A DNA stretch of 63,993 bases, filler included, from Basidiobolus ranarum (taxonomy: Eukaryota), in NCBI GenBank assembly GCA_040143965.1. It is 7 parts of 7 records of this genome, joined end to end, with 100 filler letters (N's around TTAATTAATTAA, not from the genome) between each part and the next. Parts side by side here need not be neighbours in the genome. Positions count along the whole stretch, not along the records: positions 1 to 9,229 come from JASJQH010000854.1; positions 9,330 to 18,555 come from JASJQH010000855.1; 5 more parts are not named here. The stretch is one strand, 5' to 3'. Made by a program: the position numbers and the translations under genes. Positions 1-12,571 of the stretch are shown piece after piece (position 1 is the stretch's first letter; every line of letters starts with the position of its first letter). Under the pieces are notes generated by a model that did not search any database, had not been told where the DNA came from, and saw nothing but the letters and a program-made list of their open reading frames with translations.

Positions 1-3000
1 GTATGATGAGCGAATCATCACCTGAATTTTACTCATCTTGATGTTTTAGTAATAGACTGGGTGATACAGAGCTATCGCACCATCCTTGTTTGTTCTCTAT
101 GAATTAGCTACTGACGACAGAATGGATTTCACCCTCTCCGCCCCTAGGCTTAGGGTTGCCATACTCCTGGAATAGAGAAGAGAATCAGAAACACTGTAGG
201 AAGTACTCTACCCTTTACTTTTTTCGTAAACTTGCTCTCAAACATATGGACTGTTCATCAACAGGAATCCGATACTGTTGATACAATCATGACAACATAT
301 CATGTACACACACCAAGGGGTGAGCCTTACCTTTCATAAGCCCTACATGGGATGAATACTGACTTTTATTTCATGCATAACCATGAACAATGCAGTAGAT
401 TCCGAAATATTAGTGCTTCTGAAGGCGTCTCAGGCTGCGGAGAGTCGTCAAGGCTAGGAGGCACACCTTTTAATACGAAGACGTCAAAGTGTCGAAACTC
501 GGGATTTGATAACCAGAGAATACATTCAACTTTACATAATTAAGCATTGCATCTTTGAATCTTCCTCATCGTTCATTTAACACTACCGCAAGTTTTTTAG
601 AGAGCACTCAAGGATGAATCCTTACATGTCTGGGTTAATCATTCCATGACTAGTAAGCTTAAGCAAGAATAAATATATTGCGATGCTCATTTTAAACTGA
701 TTGTTTTGTACTGGTATTTTTTCCTTTTGTTCATATTAATGCCGATATGGCAACTTCAACTTTTGACGAAACCCTAAACGCTTCAATTTACGCCGCTTTG
801 CAGTAGTTAGATGGTTAATAATTCACACAATGGTTTAAGTATACGCTAAGCCTCCATCGGTTAACCCAAACTCAGTTTAGTTTATTTTTAATACATCTAG
901 TCTGCACAATAGTCAATCAAGTGGTTCTTATTTAAGCATTGTATTGCATTTGGGATGATTCTAAAACATGTCATGCTGCTCCTGGGTGACCTTAAAATAA
1001 GGAATTTCTCTCATTCGATTGTTGCTATATTAGTTCAGTATATTCCAAAATTAATTAAATCAAATTTATTCTTTCATCCGTATACGCTTAATTCACCCCA
1101 TATATATGGATATTCCTTATTTGTTCGGCTAAACTCCTATTCCCTCCAACTTCACTCGGGGGAGGCTGCCATAGATATGCCTTAGTAGGTATTGAGGTTA
1201 CCTTCTGTGATCGTCCACATTGCGATTTAAAGCATGATTGCTGTATAATTTAGCAGCCAAACGAATCCTAGCCGTCGTAAGATATTTAACTCAAACACTG
1301 ATGCATCTGACACGTACATCTAACGAACTCCATTCTGTGATTCCTAGGCTCTACTCGCAGGAATAGGCAAATTTACTACATGCTTCCACTATGTCATACA
1401 ATCACTTATTGTTTGGACGAAATGATAAACTACAGATTGAAATATTTCCAGCCATCACCTAGGGCTAGACCATTGTACAGCCCGCACTGATGCTTGCTAT
1501 AGCCACCACCTTTGTATAACAAATGGGTTTGGCCTGTTTCACATGAATGCCACGTATTCCAACAGTCAGGCTTCATTCTAAGCCATTCGTACGAAAGTCA
1601 GCAGAGCAGTGATCTGTTATAGCTTTCAGAACAATGACATATTCTACAGCAGGCCCTTAGTAGCGATGCTTTGTGTCGAAAATCCGATGGTTTACCCGGG
1701 GGTAGATTTTCAGAATGTTCCCCAAGTGATACTGCGGGACTGTTGAGCAAATAAAGTGTCTCAACCTATGACAATTTTTTATGGAAGGAAGGAGGTCGCC
1801 ATTAGCTAATTTCTCACTTTTCTAGGTTTAATTTGATGATTTTTCTTATCACAGAAGACCAATCATATGTAGTACTCTAGAGTAAATCTTTAATAGCATC
1901 TAATGGGCACTTCTGAAACTTTGGCACAAGGATAGACTCATGGCTCCATCATACTAACTTTAGAGGCATCTTAATAATCAATAGCTATTTGATTTGACTT
2001 GAAACCACCAACGAAATCGGTGTCAACATAAGGATTACCATACGATTACCACTCAGTGTCACAGTATGTGTCCCCGGAACTGAAGTATCAAGATTTTAGA
2101 GACAATGATGGCATTCCCATCCGAAAACCCATGAGATTTCAAGAAATAGGACTTTTCGATGGCGACCAATTTAAAGTAGAGGATCAACCCAACAACGCTC
2201 ACTCCCTAATTCCACTCAATTCCTGAGAATCTATGACACCTGTGTAGCTTTGTGATATATCGAACATGATACCTGTGTGACAACAAACATTCCACATTGC
2301 TACTTTTCTAACCTATTCGTATAGTTAGCCCTACTTCAGCATAGGTGCAGAATATGCCCTATGCGCATTGCATGAGTAGCACATGTTGAGTTTTTATTCG
2401 ACATTCTCGTAGCAATAACTACATTATGTGACACTGGCTCTTGCCATCGCACGATAATCTTCTATGTAGGAAACATGTTAGGTACAGCCAAGAGCGAGCT
2501 AGTTCCACAATTCACGCTATCCAAGGATTATCTTTTCCTCAACCGAAATCTAACCATCACGAGATAGGGCAAAGAGTTTTACTTAAAACAGTAGTACATC
2601 AACGTATTTCCATATATTTATGTTGATATTTACATCAAACTTCCTCCAGATTCCCTTGTGTGGAAATATGCGGTCATATTACGTTGGGTGAACTCTTGCT
2701 TAATGTTCAAGCATTCGTTTTCATTGGCCCCACTCTCCATTAGATTTTATGACCTCACATGTGGGCTCAAGTTTGATATATCCGCCAACTTCAAATCCAT
2801 ATTAGCGTGCCAATTGCAGGCTCTCTTATCGAAAAGGACATAGTGTCCATAGATTGGATGAGACAAATAGAAAATTGATTGGTACACATCTACATACATT
2901 CATTCATTTCATGCAAGTTTCTTGAAAAAGGAGAGATGCGGTTTTGATAAATACTGGGTGAAGTTGGATTCCAAATGAGTACATATATACATAGCTTAAT

Positions 3001-3639
3001 GTTGTCCTATTCGGTTGGGGATACATATACGAGACATCTGGATCCCATGAATCCATATTAAACAATGTGAAGAGTGAAAGGGAAGATCTGTTGGTGAAGG
3101 ATACGGGAGTGGATGTATGAAAGCAAATCACGAAGCATCTTGGGTGGAAATGCATCAGTTTCCGATGTCGAATTTTAGGGATATACTAACGATGTGCATC
3201 AACTCCACTTGGGTACACGGATGCAGAAAATCTAAAGTGGTTTAGAATTACACGTTGAAGATTACTCGTTTACCCCAAAAGGGGAGGAAGGAGAAGTCAT
3301 CCTATGAGCACTAGTGTAAAGAACAATTATGAATGCGAGTGAGATGGCTTCCTTGTCGATGGGCAGCCAAAGCGAGCATCACTTAGATCGATTGCTCAAT
3401 TGTAGTCAGCAAATCCTGATCGCTACCAATCCACACGGGATTCGGTAGAAAGTCTGTGGACAGCAAGTCTTCCCTGAGCTATTGACTAATTGGATATGTG
3501 AAGGTTAGGTGCGCCTTTTGACTCGTGTGTATTCCAGGATGCTTAATACGAATGGCGTGATCCCAAGTTATACAGATCTTGCTCAGGTGGTGATTTCTTT
3601 ATCGGGGGAGAGAGATGTATTAGTAGATACACCTTACCA

Positions 3640-4520
3640 CATTGGAAATGATTCACCATTGCACAGTACACGGAGGCTTTCAAATGGTCAAATTTTAGGT
3701 GAACAATGACAATCAAATCAAATCCCAGGTTATATTCGAATTCCTGTGAGCTGTCCAACCTCTTCCAAAACACTACACGTGTGTGTGAGCTAGCCCGAAG
3801 TCTATTACTAAGGGAGATAAAACCAGGATCTTCTACTCGCAACAATTGGCCAAGAGGAGCGGTACAAGGAATCTGGTTGGTTCTTACTAACACCGCTTTT
3901 TGTGGCAACATGACCAAACTGCCTCGATTTCTCCCATTGGCTTATCTTTAAGTCTTAGATAACCAGTTTTCCACGCGCTATTGCATTTCTATCGCTCACC
4001 TCAGTAAGGATTCGGATCGTTCGATCCTTCCCATCCCATATCGAGGTAGGATTAGTGGGTTGGACGGATTAGATTGTTATACATATCGTAAGCAAGGATT
4101 TCAATGCCAAGATCTCTGCAGGGGCAGTTACTACTGACTTTGAATGTATACGCTGAGGGAAATCGCACATTGACATCACATGCCTATTACTAACATCCTA
4201 CATTGGAGGCATTGGTGAGTTCCTACTTAGAACTGAGCAGAGAACATAAGCTGGCTAATCGATGGAGATCACGATCAGTTCACTGGAGTTGAGTCTAGTT
4301 GATTAGGCAATCTTGATCTAGTTAGATCTTGGCTCACTTCTGCTCCCAAGAAGTCGTAGTGCAACGTGGTGGCTAATCTGTATTTGTATCTAGATCTAAC
4401 GAATCTGAGATCATGTAGTTTTTCGAGTCACCCATTATAAAGTAAAATACAACCATTGTTTAGAAAATGGAATGACCTAAAGAGTTATTCCGACTTGTGA
4501 CTCTTGGGGGGAGGATGTGA
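3640..4520 (+). mobile_element. Highly degenerate Ty3/gypsy pol remnant ending in a polypurine tract and probable 3' LTR start
   Basis: Broken motifs resembling RNase H (C-D-A-S-P, frameshifted, ~3785) and the integrase C-terminal HxVFHV motif (DHVVFRVT, ~4410). GGGGGGAGGA is followed directly by TGTGA at ~4506-4520. No intact ORF. Confidence 0.35.
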
Positions 4521-6595
4521 TTCGATTCCTTTCAAGAAAGAATGAGTTTCTCATCTCACCAGTACATGATATAATCAGTGATTGATTTTCTTTCCATCGT
4601 TTAGTTCAATAGTACAAAGCAAGATGATGATTGGATTTTACCAGAGAGTAAATGTTAGTAAGCATCAAGTATATGAACTACTATTATCACTGTTTAGGAT
4701 AGGAGGCTGTATCAGTGTTTGCCCCTGTGACATGTATAGTCATCAATCCAGTAATAACTCAAAGATAGCATTAATCCTGATTGGAATTGGTGCTATTTCG
4801 AGTTGCAGAGTACTGTTGAGCAGGCAGTAGGTTTAATTTTAATTTATAGAGTTATTCTACTGTAGTTATTATTATTAGACTTCGGCTTAGTGATGTGACC
4901 AAAAGTAGAGTTGATGGGATTCTGCTGTGAGTTCTACACCTCGTGTTTCCAACGAATATTTCAAGCGCTTTTACCACCCATCAATTGTATACGAACAAAT
5001 TTATCTTTGTTCTCCTAGGTATTCGTTAGCTGAAATGTTGTGAATTCATTGTAGGTGACAAAGCTTAGCTCTTAGCTGAGATACTGATTGAGCGTGGTAA
5101 ATTAAGTAGATGAAAAAGGTATTCACTGCTTGAATATCACATTATTAAAGATCCACTTCAGTGAATCTAATGCTTCAATGTGTTTAGGCAATTGTGTACT
5201 CGTAAGTCAATTCCAAGTAAGAACGATTCAATAGTCTCTTGTGTGATTTCTTTTGATGTTTTTCTCTTAGTCAATTATTTAAGAAAGTAATGCTGGATAT
5301 ACTCAGATGTAGCTTTGCTATGAACGGTTAGGTCAACTGTAGGATTAGAACGGCTGGGTTTCTCTATTGATGTACGAGAATCTCAGAATATCCAATATTG
5401 AGCCTTCTACCCGCTAAAAATACATGAGAGTAAGTCACAGCTGGCAATCAGCTATATCTGTTTTCACCAATTTTCTCCATGTGCCATCATACACTATGCA
5501 ATGGCAGGACATCTTAATAGAAAAATAAAGCCATTTCGAGTACTCTAGGAACCTGCTACTAATTGGCTTGTGAGCTCAAATAAATTAGGCATTGCCCCCA
5601 AAAAAATGATTTAAAACTCTCCTGCCTATCACATTCAATCCACTATGATGAATGTTCGCATACTGTAGTTGCTGTGAATTTGAGAAATGTTTGTTAATTG
5701 ACTTGAAATAAAGTAGGTGAAAATATAGAAAGCAAGCAATGCATATGTGACATGAGTTATCCTGGGTTAATTTGATTGAATTTGAAATTTTGAATTTACC
5801 GTTGCTAATTCTCAAGTATTTCACACACTTACTAAATATATATTCCGATTTACAGCGAAGTGATATTTGACTCAATAATGTTAACTAGCTTAACTATCAT
5901 GTAAGAGATAATTAGGTGCGTAAAGAAAAGAACAAATAATATGATAAAAACAAAAAAAACTTCATTTACTTATATGAATTGTTCAATAATTAATATGAAA
6001 TTCAGAATTAATTTCAACACGACTTATTTCACTCCTACTGGTATTGGTAATATTACTACTGCAACAAAGTGTTTTGAATTTAACCGAATAAATGAAACCA
6101 TCAAATGGAGGATCTCTACTCAACCAAAAAATTTGTTGTATGCGGGATACTAACCAAAGAAACAGATAAGTGATAGGTCTTAGAGCTGTATAAGTAGCAG
6201 GTATTAGCAGAGCCATCTGAGCAAACATCGGCACTGAGAATAGTAATGGTTTGCAATTATTTGATCGAGATGCTTTGCTAGCCAGCTAGGCTTGATGTTC
6301 CATAAGAGTTCGATGATTAGATATATGAGTGACAGCCTAGAATATGATAGCAATTTCTATTGTGATACACGCTAAACCAAAAGTTTTAATGTGCATTATT
6401 TATCTTTTTCACCAGAATGAGAATAATCAAATGACCAGGACTTATGTTACTAATTCTACAAGTTCTATACTATAATTGGATTAGTGAGTCAAAGAATAGG
6501 TGGTGTCTTGGTAATAATGATATTAATCGACCTAGGTGGATGCAAAATATCTAATGATTATGAGACAAATATACATCGAAAGTTTGATAATTGTT

Positions 6596-6891
6596 TGTGA
6601 AATATTTTGGGAGCTCTTGGAAGTGGTTTAGGGAACTACAAAAATTGATGGTTTTCACTTGTTGATTTATTGAGTTCAAAGTTGACATTTATAGTTTTGT
6701 CAAAATGTAATCATGTTGAAATTAGCATGGGGACTTTGAAGATTCTATATATCTAAGAACTTCTAAGTTAGTAAAAAAATTTGGAGAAATTCCTCTTGAG
6801 AATAGTGAGTGATTTCTTAGTTCAATATGGAATAACTAAATACTAAGCTATAGATGACTATATAGGTATTTAGGCTATGGTGGTTTCAACA
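6596..6891 (-). repeat. Degraded LTR family A copy (inverted relative to 7426-7773)
   Basis: Reverse complement matches the 7426-7773 LTR (e.g. gttgacatttatagttttgtcaa; atgactatataggtatttaggc...ttcaaca) with an internal deletion. Confidence 0.75.
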
Positions 6892-7425
6892 CAATCAGCA
6901 TTAACCCAGTGAGTCAGGTTGGTGATGAGGCTTTTAGAATTTAATAAATTGACCATCAGGTGATATTATCTATTGCAAATTGTATAAACATGAATATTTT
7001 CCATGAACTATCTTGTGAAATTTAATATTCTAACTAAGCTCCTTAGTGCTGGTATTCTGGTTCAGTGCATATTTGGGGGTACCACCACAAACAAACTATT
7101 CTGAATAGGTCACATTCATGTTGAAGAACAATGAAGCTTTCAATCTGTTCTATATGACCCATATTCTTGATGAAACTTTTTTTCATTTTTCATGCAAGTG
7201 TACATATTTGCTTTTGATTTAAGAAGTGTTGAGCACACATTACTTTTAATCGTCCAAAATACCACTACTAGATTCCTGGCCCTGAAAATATCAATTACAT
7301 AAATACTAAATTTATTGATATTAAATGAAAAATCCAATCATTATAGGATAAAAAATAAATATCTCCATTAATTAGCCACACTTGCTTAAAGAAATGTAAG
7401 TATATTTGCAATGATAAAGATATAT

Positions 7426-7773
7426 TGTTGAAATTAGCATTGCCTAAACACCTATATAGTCATATATAGCTTAGTACTTAGTTGTCTTATATTTCACTAA
7501 GATATTATCCATTATTCTCAACTGGAATTTACTTAGAATATTGACACCAACTTAGAAGTTCTCAGATTTATAGATTTTTCAAACTTGTGCTAGAAACCCC
7601 AAACTCTGCACACATGTTTCTGGGACCTTCCTTAACACATTCTACATGTTAGTTTGTTTACATCTTGACAAAACTATAAATGTCAACTGTCTACTCAATA
7701 AATCAACAAGTAAAAACCACCAATTTCTCTAATTCTCCAAACCACTTCCAACAGGCTCCCAAATACTTTAACA
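7426..7773 (+). mobile_element. Solo LTR, family A (Ty1/copia), 348 bp, 5-bp TSD TATAT
   Basis: TGTTG...TAACA termini; identical TATAT at 7421-7425 and 7774-7778; homologous copies elsewhere flank copia gag/RT sequence. Confidence 0.9.
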
Positions 7774-8224
7774 TATATCATATAGTATATATCCTCAGTT
7801 TTTAAACTCAATATTGGTAAGATCAATAGGTCATAAAAATATTCTATTCAAGATTGATATATATATTCTATTTGTATACACATTACAATATTCCAAACTT
7901 TTTACTCGTTAGGAGAAAATTACTTAGGATCCGTCATGGTCCGGTCTGGGTTGTTCTGTATAGTTCACATTTATTTACTTATTTATACTACAACAAGAAT
8001 GATGGTCATTTGTTCGTAGATAATTGACTCGTTCAGCATATAAACTAATGGGAATTTTTGTCCTAATAACATACAAGTACTAAAGGTAATAAAAAACATT
8101 CGAAATGTATAAAGATGATGGCACTGTCTGTCAAGGAAGAGTGCGATATGGAATAACAACTACAAGGGATGTCGCGAAGTCAATGATGAAATTGTGATGA
8201 GAGAAATAGATGGGTTTTTGTGAT

Positions 8225-9229
8225 CTAAATTGAAGGTGGGGGGACAACTATAACGGTTTCTTTCGCAGTATGCGCCTTCTCGCGATTTAGTTTGGCCTCA
8301 GAGCCAGATTCTTTTTTAGGTTGTTCGTTTAGTATTTGTCCACGAGCTTCAGAAGCAAGTTTCCGAATGTGCTCTCTAGCTTCTTCAAACTTTCTTTTAA
8401 CGTCTTCAGACATCTCGGTGGAGTGCTTGTCATTACCTTGAGGCATCGCGACGCTCTTAATGAATCTTGCAACAGGTGTGCTGGCGCTGGCAAAAGTGGA
8501 GGCGCTACTATACGCACCCTGTGCTCTAGAGTATAGACTATTTCCAGCTTCTTTAATATCGGCAAGATAGCCACTAGTGGTTGTAGGTATTGCGGAAGAC
8601 ACAGCAGACACTACGGATTGACCTTTTTGGTTGGCATTTTGAGCGTACTTTGCTGCAGCAGAGGTAATACTAGCAGCTCCAGAAGTTGCGGAAGATTTCC
8701 CTTGATCATAAACATTTTCTACTTTCTTCGAAACGGATGCACCATAGCCTGATGCGGCAGAGTTTATGCTGGATGCAGCTGATTTACCTTGCTCGTACAC
8801 GCTCCCGGCTTGTACTCTAGCAGAGGAGGCTGCGTTGGTTACTCCAGATACTCCGTGATGAATGGCACTGTTAACTTGCTTTGTACCGGAAGATACAACA
8901 CTTGAAGCAATTGAGGCTGCGGAACTGGCTCGATTGTAAGCAGCTGAAGTAGCACTAGCTACAACGGACGTGGCAGATTGGACTACAGACTGACCGGCAG
9001 ATTTAATGTTAGCACCAGCTTGACTTGCATAAGAGTAACCTTTGTTGGCGCCTTCCCCAATAGAAGAAGTAGCGGCATTGTAAAGGCTTTGTCCAGCCTC
9101 AGTACCAACACTATAATATTCGTTTCCACGCTTCTGGACAGAAGAGGCTGCGGATTGAACGTTAGTATAAGCACTCTGACCAGCTTGTTTACCAGCATCA
9201 TAGTATTCACCAGCTAGTTTTTGGGCCTG
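8225..9229 (-). CDS. Ala/Ser/Gly-rich repetitive protein (LEA/hydrophilin-like), 5'-truncated by contig end
   Basis: Frame is open from the contig edge at 9229 (QAQKLAGEYYDAGKQAGQSAY...) through the listed 8225-8800 ORF. Recurring Y-x-x-G-K-S-A-A-S-S units and a charged helical C-terminus. Confidence 0.75.
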   Translation of the reverse strand, partial: QAQKLAGEYYDAGKQAGQSAYTNVQSAASSVQKRGNEYYSVGTEAGQSLYNAATSSIGEGANKGYSYASQAGANIKSAGQSVVQSATSVVASATSAAYNRASSAASIASSVVSSGTKQVNSAIHHGVSGVTNAASSARVQAGSVYEQGKSAASSINSAASGYGASVSKKVENVYDQGKSSATSGAASITSAAAKYAQNANQKGQSVVSAVSSAIPTTTSGYLADIKEAGNSLYSRAQGAYSSASTFASASTPVARFIKSVAMPQGNDKHSTEMSEDVKRKFEEAREHIRKLASEARGQILNEQPKKESGSEAKLNREKAHTAKETVIVVPPPSI

Positions 9230-9329
9230 NNNNNNNNNNNNNNNNNNNNNNNNNNNNNNNNNNNNNNNNNNNNTTAATTAATTAANNNNNNNNNNNNNNN
9301 NNNNNNNNNNNNNNNNNNNNNNNNNNNNN
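9230..9329. other. Artificial contig linker (N44-TTAATTAATTAA-N44)
   Basis: Six-frame stop spacer padded with Ns; identical at six positions. Confidence 0.99.
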
Positions 9330-10151
9330 GATCCTAGTTGGATGGAGAGAAAGGATCACGTGTTGAGAAATAAATCCATATTTGTCAAGGCTTGTGGGTG
9401 CATGGACCCGACTGTACCTGAATAATCAACAGCGTAAGTTGTGTAAAATTATTTACCCAACTGCACTTGCAGATTACTAGTCATATTGGCAAACCATATA
9501 GAATTTGCATGCAATTTCGGCCAGCTATACACTGTATAAAAACTTATATGGAAGAATAGACGAGTCTAAAACAGCATAGTACTTACGTGTTGAAACAAGC
9601 TCGAGTATTGTATATGGGTATCGATTTCAGAGCTATCACTTGGTGCTTTACAAACAGTGCCCTCATTCAAGAAGGTTAGTATTCGGAAAAGTGTGAATCA
9701 TAGCAATAAATACAGTAGTATAGTCCATTTGAACGAGAGGTGATAATCAAAATGTGTGAAGATTACAAGACTATCACCAAACTATATCTGAAGGTAATAT
9801 CAGTAGGCTGGAGAAATGCAATATTGACACAAATCTATGTTTCGATTTAGCAGTAAATATATTTCTGTGGAACACTATGGGAGATGCAAGATTGGATGAA
9901 TTTGGATTGGGCCAAATCTACTTGGGTGAAGTTAGGGTAAGTTTTTAGTGCTCTAAGAGTGAAAGCGAACGATTCTTGAGTAGTAAGACTAAGGAAGAGG
10001 TATCAAGTGTAAAATTGAGTTGATGCACTACATACCCCTGGCTTTTTAGCTGGTATTTTTAATGTAGGTAAATTACGTAGTTAAGATACGCTAAACATAT
10101 AGACCAAAATCAAACACTACTGAATGACTAATGCATGCATTAATACTGCTT

Positions 10152-10445
10152 TTAATTCCCTTCATTAGTTAGTAGATGCTGAAGATTATGCCTACTGAAG
10201 AAATCATTCAGTGGGGACTCTGAAACCTCATTTCTAAAAATCTCAAGTCTTCTCAGGATGTTGTTTCCTTCATAATAGAGTTTCTGACAATCTGTGAATG
10301 AAACATCGTGGGATGAGGTAAAATTATACTTCTTCTTCAACTCTTCTACATCAGCTTCCAAAATCTTTTTCTTCTGAAGGATTTGGGCATTCCAAATTTC
10401 ATATCTTCCTTCGATGTCGCTCAATTCCCATTCGGTGATGGCCAA
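10152..10445 (-). CDS. Possible terminal exon or fragment of an unknown protein
   Basis: 97-aa charged helical ORF with protein-like composition but no ATG start and no recognisable motif. Confidence 0.3.
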   Translation of the reverse strand: MAITEWELSDIEGRYEIWNAQILQKKKILEADVEELKKKYNFTSSHDVSFTDCQKLYYEGNNILRRLEIFRNEVSESPLNDFFSRHNLQHLLTNEGN

Positions 10446-10550
10446 TTGGTCTTCCCGGGAAAAGTTGTTGTAACTTAACCCTAGTGTAATACCAAGTACA
10501 ATCTGTCGGAACGTTAAGTTAACAAACTAAATTGAAAATTCATCGATCGA

Positions 10551-10738
10551 TACAGTGGACTTGTTCCATTGTGCCAGGATTTATCGGACCTTGGATCAAT
10601 ATATTAGAGTATATGTGATTGAAATTGATCATGCCAGAGGGTGATAGATAGTGCCAAATTGTGCCGCATAAATTTTAGAATACTTTATCCAATATGATAT
10701 ATACAGCACAATTTGGCACTATCACAGAGAACAAGTCC
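10551..10738. mobile_element. MITE-like element with nested inverted repeats
   Basis: Perfect 18-bp IR GATAGTGCCAAATTGTGC (10647-10664) / GCACAATTTGGCACTATC (10706-10723). Outer IR GGACTTGTTC / GAACAAGTCC. Left end TA|CAGTGG resembles a Tc1/mariner terminus. Confidence 0.5.
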
Positions 10739-10740
10739 TA

Positions 10741-10793
10741 TGTATCATAACTAAAGTTAACTATGATGTTGAATAAAGATTAATTATCTAACA
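10741..10793 (+). repeat. 3' fragment of LTR family B
   Basis: tatcataactaaagttaactatgatgttgaataaagattaattatc(t/c)aaca is shared with 17183-17233 and the 46610-46718 copy. Confidence 0.85.
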
Positions 10794-12571
10794 GTTACAA
10801 TGATTGAATGGTTCACTCTTTATGAGCTGTTAATATAGTGGAACAAGGTACAGGTTACTTTTTAAAAAGTGGCTCAATGTTCTATAGGAGAGTGGCTAAG
10901 TTTGGTTGGAATATTATAAGTAATGCCAAAGTATTTTCTTGCATAGGCTAAGATGGTAATCAAATATGATATAAGATATTATAATGATTTTTGACTAATA
11001 ACATATGGCAATCTGGTAGGGCAAAATATATATATTGGCTGTGCTGCATATTAATTTGTTTGTAGTCAGAAATCAATTTTCCTCCCATATTATGATGCGA
11101 TTCCAATGGCAAATCAGGACCCAGTGAAATTTTTGCAATTTTTCTCTAGTATTGCAACTCATAATTCTCAAAGGAATGTGACACATGGTGAAGAAACATG
11201 ATTAAAGAAAGATTGCCCAACTGCATTCCTATTATTGCCGCTGGCAACTGGATGTTTCAGAAAATGAATGAGAGCTAACTTCAAAATGCTGGAAACATAC
11301 AAAAAATTGTAATTCCAGTAACATAGAACATTGAGATCCCCAAAGAACAATTGGAACAAGTGGCGTAGTTTTCCAACAGTCATGAAATGGTTAGCAGTGT
11401 AGTAACCTAAATCAAACCGGAAAGTATGAAGCAGAATATGGCCATTCGTTGATGATTGAGATCAGATGTAACTCAATGCAACAGAAAGAGTGTACAAAAC
11501 TTATGATCCCATGGCTATTGCAAAAAATTGTTAGCATTCGTGGATTTGGATAATTTGCCAGAAATATGAAAAGCTTACGAATTCGTAGCAAGCCAGAGAA
11601 CAGACGAAGATGTTGGCCTTTTACATCGAAAATAGTTAGCTATATATAAAAAGTAACAAATTCGAATGGTTAGTGGGTTCATACGTCAACAAAGCTTAGT
11701 ATATAAACGTCGCCTTGCATCCCCTGCATTCCGACCGTTTTGAATCTTGCATAGACTCGCAAACATATGAATACACTTCCAATTGTAAAAGCGATGAGCA
11801 TCTCTTTGACCTAACCTTCCATTTTGGTATCAACTTCAAGCTTAGAACAAATGTCATCCAAAGCTTGAAGTAATCAAATGTGGTGACCCAGCCGAATGGT
11901 ATTTGACAGGACAAGGATTAAATATAATCAATATAAAGAGCGGGCATGGTTTTATTCATCTTTCCGCTTTTATACTATTTTCTACGTATCGTGATCATCC
12001 TATAGAAATTCGATCCTCGGACTTCTTTTTAGGCGCGTCACATTATTTATTATCTTCCTCTATATTGTTCAAACGTCCCTAGTCGTGGTCGTTGGTGGCG
12101 CTTTAGTCTAGCCCTGACCAGCATTGATAAACTAAAAAAACCCACTCTTGTGAGATATCATCAGGCACCAGTTAACTTTTAAATTTCCGATGCCGTTTCG
12201 GATTTTGATGGAGGCCTTCAGTTAGTTTTCATAGAATCATTTCAAATATCTATACCTCAGCTGCACTGGGCTATAGTGTTGGCTCCAGCTTTAAGAGTTA
12301 AATGTGCAAACAAATTTATATTCGTTGTAAGTATTATTTCTCTTTTTATTATTTCTCTTTCATATAAATTGTGTTTCCTTTATATTTGATTTTGTCGTCC
12401 GTGAAGATTTAAAAAGCTAACTGGAGTTTTCTTAGCACTAAATGCCGCACTCTTTTTGGGCCCTTTCTGGGTTATTGCCCGTAAATAAACGACTCATAAC
12501 ATGATGTTATATACATTATTTTACGAAAATTCTCTTTTTTTGTTTATGAAGTGTGAGCCATTTTTCTAAAG

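Noticed and set aside
4000-4040. GTTCGATCC as a tRNA T-loop
   Set aside because: The flanks do not form a T-stem or cloverleaf; no tRNA or rRNA gene was recognised anywhere in the window.
5941-6234. AT-rich ORFs that might be a mitochondrial insertion (TGA read as Trp)
   Set aside because: No recognisable mitochondrial protein or homing-endonuclease motif.
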